Source: Nymphaea colorata
Lineage: Eukaryota
DNA length: 64,000 bases
Direction: 5' to 3'
NCBI RefSeq assembly: GCF_008831285.2
Contig: NC_045138.2
Location: 21,018,001 to 21,082,000 of the forward strand
Shown here: positions 36,288-47,014 of the stretch, piece after piece
How the letters are laid out: each line of letters opens with the position of its first letter
Numbering within the stretch: the first letter of the stretch is position 1
The notes under the pieces: model-generated
Told to the model about the DNA's origin: nothing
The model's input: only the letters and a program-made list of their open reading frames with translations
Databases searched by the model: none
Program-made: the position numbers and the translations under genes

Positions 36288-38508
36288 CGTCACCGGAGTC
36301 TTGCTCCTTCCTCTTAACGGTTTCCTCTCGACACAGACGCCATATGATTTCTCATTTTTTCTTTCCGCCATTTGTGAATCACTTTTTTCTTATTTTTCTT
36401 AATAATATATGAATCATAAAAAATGAAATAATAACATATGTATTTGCTTCAGTACCAATGCTTACGAAGTACATAATAACCTATGTATTTGCTTCCATCG
36501 ATTCGCCACATTCATGTGCATTAACTAACCAATTTGATAAAAAAGAGTCCCTATGACCAGTTCCAAAGGTTGGTACCAAAACCTAGTCTATACCGGTGAT
36601 GTATATCACTGCTATTATCTATAGGATCCGTTTTCATTAACAGTTGTTTGTGGACAATATGTACGTTATCAATCCCTTTAAGATTTACATATTACTCATT
36701 TTCAGTTGATAAAAAAGTCAAATATTATGCCTTGACATACTTATTTTCTCCATCTGTTTATTAAAAAATGCACTATAAAAATTCAGGTCAACTCTTTGAC
36801 CCGGTGACCTAGTTTTCGGCCAATCCAAGCCTCAGCCATGAATTTGCCAACCATCATCACCGTGGACACCATATCCTGTGAAGCAATGTTATCGACACAT
36901 CGAAGATTCAAACATCAATTTTCTCTTCCCCTCTTAATGTTAAGATAGTGCTCAAACTTGAAGTATTGGGTTTATAAATCTTTGAATAGAATTTCGATTT
37001 ATTGGCTTGCACCTACGTCCATGCATGGCTTTCCTTGTTGTCCGCTGTATATCGTCAAGTTTGAGGAAGACGGTTAATGCATGAGGTACCGTTTATTGAC
37101 TGGATCCTCGATATAATGAGGGATGTCAACGGATCGAATTTAGATCGGATATATCTTTAATCATATTCACATGCATATTCAAATTCAGATTCAAATGCAA
37201 ATAAAAAAAAAGTCACACCAAACCCGAATTTTGAATCGGATTTGGCCAATTTTCAAAATATAATAGCATTAGATACAAGACATTAATTAATGAATTGACT
37301 AAGAAGTTTAATTTAATATCCTAAAATTTGAAGATCACTTGGAGGAGGTGGCAACGAAGGATGTAACTCTATTCGATGCTTGCCGTCATATTGAAACATA
37401 CCAAACGAGAAAAAGAACAATTCAGTATTAAATTAAAAGAGGTCTAACGGCAAGCTTCACTAATATATATATATATATATATATAACTATTTTTAAATTA
37501 TAATTTCATATTAGGACCATATAATTTAGAGTTTTTATGCCAACCTCGACTTTCCTTGACAAGAACTGTCAGTCAGGTCATGTTTTATTGAAACATGAAA
37601 TGAGTTGCTTGGGTGATACTTTAAAACCAGCTTTGAAATTTATTGGAGTATGTGGGTGTCATAAATATTTGGGTTTGAGATCTAGTTTTGACCAAACCTG
37701 ATATTAGAAAAGGAAGTGAAAAACCTAATCCTTTTTAGGCTATTCAAAAACCAGGTTTTTAATGTATTATCCAAAAAAAGAAAAAAACAAAGTGTTTTGA
37801 AACTCATTAAAAATCTTGGTTTTCATAAAACATATTAAACCAAGGTATCATTCAAATGCCCCAAAAGATTGATGCTTTTTCTACATGGTTCTTTCAAGTC
37901 CAAAAATACCTTTCTTTCCTTTTTTTAATATATAATAACAAGGCATTATTATCAGTTTCCATCGCCTTACTTAATATGTTTATCTACAATACCAATTGAT
38001 GTTAAAAAGAAACAGCAATTTTCAGAAATTGGTAGTAAAAACAAAACTTGAATTACAAAAAATTAGGAACATTAAGCTCAAACCTTGAAATATATGCCAA
38101 AGTTTGTCATCTAAATGAAAGATTTTCTGAAAAAGGTCAACGAATTTAAAACAATTTTGTATCACCTGACTCGAATAATCCATTTTTTACGGATTCACTC
38201 ATATTAAAATTCATGAGTTTAAAGTCTGATAATAAAATAACATGACAAGAGGGTGCAAATTAAAAGGGCTTTCACGCGCGCCATACCCATCACCACGGCT
38301 CTCTCTACGAAACAAAGTCATATGTTCGTTTTTTTTTTTTTCCTTTTTTGATAATTTCTTCGATTATCAAGTGATTTTTAAATCGTCCTGATCAAGTAAA
38401 TTTCTCTCTTTGCTATTTTCTGTTCTACTTGATCAATATTCTAGCTAATCACCATTAGGTTCGAATCCATACAACTAAGTTGCAGTCTTGTTAACATATG
38501 TCCATAGC

Positions 38509-38785
38509 TAAGCTTAGGCAGTGGGCTGGCCTGATAAGGAGTCGGGGCTCGAACCAGCCCGACACCCAAAACTTAGGCCTGGGCTCGACCCAATAATTAA
38601 AACCCTAGCCCGCGCCCGGTTTGTGCTCGGCCTGTTTAAATTAAAAATGTATTTTTAATATAAAATAATATATATATAATTAAATGTAATAAACTATTAT
38701 AATTATATATATAAATAATAAAATAAATATTAAAAAATTATCAAACCCACTCGACAGCAGCAGCCCGACCCAATGCCCAAGCTTA
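38509..38785. mobile_element. MITE with 12-bp TIRs
   Basis: Ends TAAGCTTAGGCA and TGCCCAAGCTTA. Degenerate 8-bp flanks TCCATAGC and TCCATGTA. GGGCTCG/GCCCGA subterminal motifs around an AT-rich core. Confidence 0.7.
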
Positions 38786-40019
38786 TCCATGTATGTCCAC
38801 CCATATGCATCATATAGCCCTCTTACAGTAAGATACAAGGCTGGTTAGGGGTTTATATAGTCCTTACTTTTTCTTTTTTTCAAATCAATCTTGAATGTCT
38901 TAAATGATTTTTTACATAAAATTTACAACTAATACGAATATTTATAATATTGGTAATTTGCTGTAAACTTCCTCGAAAAATAGTTGTTGGGGTTTCGTCC
39001 CCGCTTCCCTTATATATGTACAGTGAGAAAATACCTATCCATGAAAGCAAGACGCACCCAATGCTAAACATTCTCAAAAAAACTGTTGAAACATGAAGCG
39101 ATTGAAATCTTATATCAAAATACTATGTGTAATGGTAACAACACCTAAGCAATAAGGGGCCGTTTGATGGCCTGGAAATGTGGAATTGGAATTAGGAGCT
39201 CTTTTTCAAAGTTTGATTATGGTGAGCAGGAGGCTTAATCTCACTGCCCGAGCGGAGCCAAAGAACATGTTTTCTTGAAAAAACATTAAAATTGAAAAAA
39301 AAATGCTTTTTTAGCCCCTTTTTTCAGTTTTTTTTAATGCCAAACAATTTTTTTCTATTTTTTATTTGTTGCAAATGTACTTATCTTTTGATGTTTATGT
39401 TATTAGTTTTTCACTTATTTTACTTTCCCCCTATCTTTTTTCAAGTTCGCCGTATTGTATTATACCTAAGAAAAACGTTGCCGCTTAAAACTTCGAGTCA
39501 TTATTTGTGACTATAGTTTCACCCTGCATGAAAGATCCCTTTTACAGTACCCGAGTGAGTCAACCACAGGTCGAATTAGAGATGTGCAGCATAATGTTCC
39601 CAAGCTGCCCTTTTTAAGCTATGCCCCTCGAGGCTCCAAAGTCTGATTGCAAAATGATAGGAATAAATGGAATCCAAAAAGAGATCCAGTTTCACCAGAA
39701 AAAAGATTCCAATCCCCAACAATGTTAACCCATTCCTAGAACTGCACTTACTCAAAAACATTCTTTAGCAAGTGAATGGCCTCTGAGGCAAGAGGCCCGT
39801 GATCAACCTTGAGCAAAGATTGAATTTAGAAATGCTAGTGAAATGAGGGCAAAGAAGTATCAAATCTATCATCTTCTATTATTTCCTTGTATCACAATGG
39901 AATTTTGTTTGCAAAGAGATTATTCAATTAATTGAAGGCATCGATTTAGCAGCCAGTTTTTCCCTTTTTCTAGTTTACCAAACCATAGAGAAGAGCACAA
40001 TTAAATGTTATGTTGAGAT

Positions 40020-40407
40020 TATAGTCACAAATAATGTCTCAGAGTTTGAACAGTGGTTTTTCTCTTGTACAATACAGCGAACTTGAAAAAAGAAAAAAAA
40101 TGCGGTAAATTTTTAAAAGTTTTAAAAAACTAAAAATAGAAAAAAAATAAAATAAGTGAAAAACTAATAACACAAACATCAAAATATAAGTACATTTGAA
40201 ACAAATAAAATAGAAAATGAAAAAAAAAAGTTTGACATAAAAAACTAAAAAAAATGAATAAAGTGAAAAAACTGAAAAAAATGCAAAAAAGGGATTAAAA
40301 AGGCATTAAATGTGTTTTTTTAATATTTTTTTCAAAATAACGTGTTTTTTTAGTTTTAAACAACCAATTAATTTATCACGAAGAAAAGCGTGTTTTCTGT
40401 GACTATA
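40020..40407 (+). mobile_element. A-rich non-autonomous element, most complete copy, with TIRs
   Basis: 10-bp TIR TATAGTCACA...TGTGACTATA. Body homologous to 22379-22755, 39260-39515 (reverse) and 55200-55522 (reverse). Confidence 0.78.
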
Positions 40408-41807
40408 TATATTACACCTTCTTGTCAATCTATCTCAGACAATTGTAGGCATTCTCATAAATGATGGCAGTCATAGAGCCAAGTTTATTACAAGTCTAAT
40501 GTTGTGAGACTAACCACAAATTCTCTAACAGTAATTTTGAACTGAGTCTAAACCAAAGTCTATGTTTGAGCATCGATTATTATGGCAATTGGAGTATCAA
40601 CCAACTCATGTCTAGTTATATGATTCAGAGTATCATTTCTTATTGGATCATTGAATTCGACATTCAAATTCAAACGTGTGATCGGATATATTCATTAAAG
40701 AGAATCTATTTGATAGATTTCTTATATACCCATAGGTGTTACATTGGATTCGAATCATTCGATCACTTTATTTTGTTGTTGCTAGCAAATACTACTCAAA
40801 CTTTACTAATAGTTTTCTATATAGCCTAAGTCACCGGACTCTTTTATTTTACTGTCGCACCTGAGTCCGCATCAAGTCGGGTGCGCACCGAACATGGGTG
40901 CGGCTCCGACTCACATCCGAGTTCAATTAGAATGTCATATTACTACATTACTTATATAATATATGTTGTTTTGATATTTTTCTATGCAATACAATTATTC
41001 AAGTATGTTATATACATTAATAACTAAATTACAATAATATACTTATTATGTTATATATATAATAAATTAAAAATAATAATAATAATAAAATACCATTACC
41101 GCACCACCACACCTAAATTTTTTGAGATGTACCGTTTCAATACCCGCACCCACACCCCACACTATGGTGACATAGAGCTTCGGGAAAGCTTCAAGCCATT
41201 GAGCTACCGGATGTTTCTTGCTTACCCATTTAAAATGGCTGTTAAGGGCTTTGCAGGCAAGGTAGGCCAAACATGTTTGCACAAATTCATTCAATCTTAC
41301 AAATGGAACTTAAGGAAATTTTAACAATCATATGCCAACATTGAAGGATTCCATTGACAACATGCTTTAGTACATATATTCTTTTTGCATAAGATAATAA
41401 CTTTTGCTTCCCGACCCCAACTTTTTTTTTTCTTCTTGACTTTGAAGATGTGAGAGATACATTGTTCTTCTATTGTGTTACCATTTTAGCCTGACTATTT
41501 TGTGGACCCAGAAGATGGTATCTATGTTGAGAAGCAATGGATAGTTCAATAATGTAGAGAGTGAAAGTCCAAGAAATCTCCTTTCGCCCAGTGATTTTTT
41601 GGAGGCAATCTGTTCTCGATTTTTTGGCCCAAGAAATCCGCTTTCAAGAAGGATAATCTAATCTACTTCATCCTATATACCTTTTCCATACCAAGTCTTT
41701 ATAAGTCTCACGCTTCAACTAAGTTTTTGAGATTAGCAATGCAGCCCCTCAGCTCTTGAATGTAGTGTTTTCATGTGTTAGAGCATCCCCGCAACTAGCC
41801 GTGGAAG

Positions 41808-42218
41808 TAGGGGTCAACAATGAGTCGAACTACTCAAGCTCAACTTGTTAAAGCTCGGCTCGTGAACTAGTTCAAGCTGAGTCATTTGCTTAACGAGTCG
41901 AGCTCGAGTTCATGAGTCTGACTCGTTCAAATAATTGAGTTGAGTTCGAGCTCAACACATAACTGTCGAGTCGAGTTCGAGCCTTAATTGAGTTTGTCGA
42001 GATTTAAACAAGTCGATGTATTCAAACGAGTTTACAAGTTTGTCGAGCCTTCATCGAGCTCAAGGTCGAGCTCAACATGTAATGATGAATATCAATTCTA
42101 TTCAAATGAGTTTGTCGAGCCTTAATCGGGCCGAGCTCGAGCTCAACATGTAATTGCTGAGTTGAGCTGAGTTCGAGTTGACTGCACTCGGGCTCGACTC
42201 AACTCATTTTCACCCCTA
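41808..42218. mobile_element. hAT-type MITE with perfect 8-bp TSD and GAGCTCGA-like subterminal repeats
   Basis: CGTGGAAG at 41800-41807 and 42219-42226. TIRs TAGGGGTCAACAATGAG and CTCATTTTCACCCCTA. Confidence 0.9.
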
Positions 42219-43077
42219 CGTGGAAGACCTATTGTTGCTCCCTTGTTTGTTGTTACCATGTGCAACTGCAGCGTGAGTCAACTACTTCAGCAATTTCATT
42301 ACCTTCAATGAAAGCAAGGAAAACAAAGAGAGAAGGGGCTCTGCTAGATTTTTGAATTGGTTCCCAATTGAGTTAAAGTTATCCATCATAACAAATGGAA
42401 TTGGTGTATTTGCAATTACTTCGAATAGTTATGGAAAGAGCCAATGCTTTACTCTAAGGTCGGGATCAACTTAGCATCCTATAAGAAGTGCAAATCCAAC
42501 TTGTATGAGTCTCAATCATCTGGAGATAAAGTTCTTCCTTGTTGTAGAGTATCATAAGTTTGACCTATAATGTCATAGAGATTATATAGTAGTGAGGGAA
42601 CTGAAGCTTGATACTTTGAAGGCAATGTCAGTCTTGTCTTAATAATAATGATGGCTGCCACTGAATTGATATGAGTCATTAGAATTTTTAGGTAAAACTG
42701 AAGGAGTATTTCATTCTACCTTTCAATTCAAAGCAGAAGCTCCTACCCTGACTCTTACCTTCCTCTCATCCCCCTGAGGTATCAAGCCTACTTTCTATGT
42801 CATTGAATGACATCTCTATTTTGTTTTGACTTGCATATTAGTGTCTCCCTTTTTGCAGTACAAAGAGTTGATGCCCTAAAGTTTAAAACCAGATTAGCTT
42901 CCTGTCATCCTCTTTGTTTTTTTCTTTTAGAATTTTGTCCTTTTGACATGTGGAGGAGGAGGGAGGGGTCGGATGGGAGAGAGTGCAAGGATGACAGTCA
43001 TTGTAGTTTGGGAGATGCTTTCCTCTAATCCTCAGGTCCAAGGTTGCTTCGGGACTTGGGTGGTCCTAGTAAAAAAG

Positions 43078-43245
43078 CAATGCTGGAGCCAAAAAAATTA
43101 GTTGGAGAGACACCTATTTAGAAACATTTATATCTATAGGCACACCTATATATGTATAAAAGTAATATTAAATTTATCAATGTAAAAATAAAGGAATTTT
43201 AAAATAGCTAGTGTGGGCAACTGCCCACATGTGGCTACGCCATTG
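43078..43245. mobile_element. hAT-type MITE
   Basis: Ends CAATGCTGGAGCC and GGCTACGCCATTG. Flanks TAAAAAAG and TAAGAAAG (one mismatch). Relatives at about 46178-46360 and ending at 47525. Confidence 0.72.
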
Positions 43246-44121
43246 TAAGAAAGCGACATCCATGGGATTTAGAGGCTGTGAGCCTGTGCCTGTACAAATG
43301 CTGCAGCAGTCAAAGACAGCACTGTAATTCAGTGGGGGAGATTTGCACAAATGGAGAGTTGAAGGTGCATAGAAGGAGGAGGGCCGGGAGAAAGCAACGG
43401 CAACGGCAACAGCAACGGCATTCTGAGGCGGTGCCTAAAGGGTGATTTAAGGAGAGTTACATCTATGATTAAAATGGTATCGAACATAAAGAAACGACAG
43501 TCGAGTCCTTCATGGCGACAAGAACACGAACGAAAAATAGAGATTGAATGTAACTAAACCAACCTAAAAACCAATTCAATCATGAAAGTTAATATCCTGA
43601 TACATCTCTCAAAGAAGCTTTGCATGTGAAAAATGATCCACTGAAGGCCAATTATATACAGAGATATAACAGTTAGAAATGTACCACAGCTAGGGAACTG
43701 TGGGTTATTCATTTTTCAAAATATCAATGCATCCATTCTTATATTTGTATCAGATAAAAGTTATTTTTCACCAAAAAGGTATATGTACATCATGTTTACA
43801 AGGTTTAAAAAATCATCCGCATGTAAACAAAAAAAAATGATCACCCTTATGGAATGAATAAAACTTATTGTGCTTAATAAAATTCAGTGCACTAATAGTA
43901 ATATCCTTAATAGAATGTTCATTTCCCATCATATTTTGCAACCCATTTTCTCTTCTCCAATGCTTTTGCTGAAACAAGGTTTTTTTAAAAAAAATCAGGT
44001 AGATCTTCAGAGCTTCCAGTTAACAGAAGGAACTCAGCATGTTATTGAAAAAAGGGACCAAAAGGGTACCTTTCCTATTTATTTATTTGTTTATTTACCA
44101 AACAAGATAAATTGCCCCATA

Positions 44122-44685
44122 TAGGGATGGAAATGGGTTGGATGTAGCCTCTAACAGATCCAGTCTATCTGCAGTTTTGGATCTGAAATCCAAGTCAGAT
44201 TCCGGCGATAATGAATTCAAGTGTCTGAATTTGAAAATTGAATCGGATGAGGACGTGGAAAAACGAAAAATCCATTACCCAATCGGATGTTTATGTAAAA
44301 CCAAATCTGAATTCGAATCCACTCAGATCTTATTTAGCAAAACCAAATCTCGTCTAGTTGTGTATTATGGTTTCTGAACGTTTTAATATTAGACTGATTT
44401 AAAATGGTTTTGCCGGATATCCAATCAGAATCCATTCATTGGCATACTTGTGGATGGATTCGTTTGAATGTCAAGAATCAGACGTCCACAGGAACATCCA
44501 TGGATAATCAAACTAGTAATAAAATCAGATCTAACATCAAATTTTTTAGATGCACATTTTACTTTCATGTATTGTCAAATGCCTGATCTAAATAAAGAGG
44601 TTGGATTTGATCTTATCTTGGTGGATCTAAAAAATGAAGAGAATGAGATCAGATCAGATCTGAGGCAAGCAGATGCTTCCCATTC
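44122..44685. mobile_element. Degenerate MITE with TAGGGATG start and GGAT/ATCC subterminal motifs
   Basis: Starts TAGGGATGGAAATGGG and carries many CGGAT/ATCCG/AGATC words. A partial relative lies at about 37118-37250. Right end uncertain. Confidence 0.55.
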
Positions 44686-45273
44686 AAACCAAGCCCAACC
44701 TCTTCAGTCTCTTTATTCATTTTGCCTTGTGTGGCATAACACAACTGGTTGGGCTGGTGGGGCAGTGAAAACCAAGTCATCAGTTCAATTCTTGTGAGTG
44801 CTACTCTTTTGAACTAAAAATAGTGATAGACACTACTTTTGAGTTGACGGAGTAATCGTAAGTTCATGAAGTTTTCCAGAATTGCCCTAAACTCTTGGGG
44901 CACTTGGAAGAGAGGAGAGGCTTCCAGTTGTCTCCCTACATTTCTTATTCATGTCCATCTAACGTTCTCAACTGCCACATCCTAAACATGATATCAAATG
45001 TTTAATAAGAAAAAAAAAGGGCAGAAACTTTTTCTTAAAGAAAGAAAAAGGACAAAGAAACATTATCAAGCTGCATGACCACAAAAGGCAAATGTGATGT
45101 GTACAAGTCATTCATTTTGGACAAACATGACGAAGTGCCTCGCCATGAACCCTAAGTTGCCAAGCTGCTATTTTGGTGAAATATTTTGGATCTAGAAGAT
45201 TTTCACCAGCAATATCAATATGGTTCCTATGTTGAAAAACAAAACACTTTTTTTTTTACATAGACATTTAACT

Positions 45274-45701
45274 TGTAACACCTCAAAAGTTTAGCCTTTT
45301 ATTAAAAATTGTGAGAGATCTTCAAGAACATATATAGATGGCTGTTAAGTTGTTGGTTCTCCTGGTTCTTAGTCTTTTTGGGGTTGAAATTGAAACTGTT
45401 AGAGGGCAGGTTGGGATCCGCTGTACTAGGGACTTGAGACCATGAGTAGATCAGGTTGTTATAGTGGTATTAAAACACAGTTTAACACTCTAACCTAGGG
45501 TTCCACGCACAAATGAATGTGTCTTAAAGGCTAAAAGTTTAGTCTCGTATTGAATTTTGTGAGAGATATTTTAGAACTTATAAATGGAGATGTTAGTTGT
45601 CTCATTTCTAACATTTTTAAGGCTGAAACCAAAAGTGCTAGGGGGGTTGAGATCTCTACCAGAATAAGGGCCCAAGCTCAAGAGTGGGTCAGGTTGTTAC
45701 A
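45274..45701 (+). mobile_element. Second, degraded copy of the TRIM family
   Basis: TGTAACACC start, 5' repeat ending at 45463, decayed PBS (TGGTATTAAAAC), deletion of most of the PPT and the first bases of the 3' repeat, end GTTGTTACA at 45701. Flanks TAACT and AAACT. Confidence 0.85.
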
Positions 45702-46616
45702 AAACTGGTTGTGAAAAATTGATTTAGACAACAATAAGTATGATTTTATTTTTTATTCTTAAAATTTTGAACATGAACATTCATATGGTCAGTTTTTTTT
45801 TCTTGTAAAGAAAATGCTTCATCTAAGATTCCACCGCCTCGCTTTTCTTTTTGTTAGAAAAAAACAGTAATTTTGTTTTTCATAGTTATCTCCATTAACA
45901 TAGACTCTTTATCAAGAGTTACCAATGGATGTAAAATAGCATATAACAAAAGGGTATGAAGCAATGATAAACAAAGACCCAATCCAAGGAGCAATCTGTT
46001 TCACTTCACCAAATGGTCCACCAACAACCGCCTTTCATACAATATACTCTTAGCTTCTAGCAATACATAGTATAGTAATACCCTCAACACGTGTTCGGGT
46101 GCCCCAGGGACGAACACGTGTTAGGGATGTGCAATGAGTCAAGCTAACTCAGGCTCATCTTGAAGTCACCCCTAGGGAAGTGGCGTAGCCACATGGTGGC
46201 TGGTGCTGGCAGTTGCCCACACCAGCCTCACAAAATTAATTAATATATATGTTAATATTTTGGTATATTTGATTGTTATACATGTAAGTGCCCCAAACAA
46301 ATTATAAGAATCGAATGAGTGCTTCCATCAAAAAAAAAAAAAAATTCTGGTTCCACTAGTGCCCGGGGGCAAACACGTGTTCGGCCCCGAACACACAACC
46401 AAGCTCCCCGAGAACCATACGTGTGCCCAAGCTGCTAGCCTACATGAAATAGCTGGTGACCCAATCTCAATTTAGCAAGAACCATATTCCAAAACAAAAG
46501 AAAAATGAGAGTGATCGGCTGGAAAGGTAAGCAAAACAAAAAGCCTATTAGTTTTGCATATAAAGGGCATATATTGGGTCTTTGGCAGTTCATTGCTTCA
46601 CTAAACATCTTAGAAT

Positions 46617-47014
46617 TAGGGATGTGCAATGGGTCAAGCTAACTCGGGCTCATCTTGAAGTCACCCGTGTAAGCTCGCCTTGAGCTTTACTTGTTTAACG
46701 AGTCAAGCTCGAGCTTGGGTTAAAACTCAAGTTATAAACAAGTCAAGTTTGAATTATATCAGATTGACTTGTTTAAAGTGGATTGGGCTTGTGTTTTCTC
46801 CATTTTGTTAGGGGTAAGTCAGTAATTTTTGATTAATTTTAATACCATTTTGTATTTTTTATTTTCATTTAAAGAAATATGAATCAAGTGGCATGAGCTT
46901 AAATGAGTCAAACTCGAGCTCAAACTGGGTTAACTGAGTCAAACTCGAGCTCGACTCATAAGCTCAACTTGAACACATTGAGATCGAGCCGAGCTCAATT
47001 ATCATACATCCCTA
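46617..47014. mobile_element. hAT-type MITE shared by both units of the tandem duplication
   Basis: TAGGGATGT...ACATCCCTA with flanks CTTAGAAT and CATAGAAT. The paralogous copy sits at 48469-48743 at the same target site. Confidence 0.82.

Noticed and set aside
38457..38467. GGTTCGAATCC B-box-like word
   Set aside because: No A-box or cloverleaf around it, so it does not support a tRNA or SINE call.
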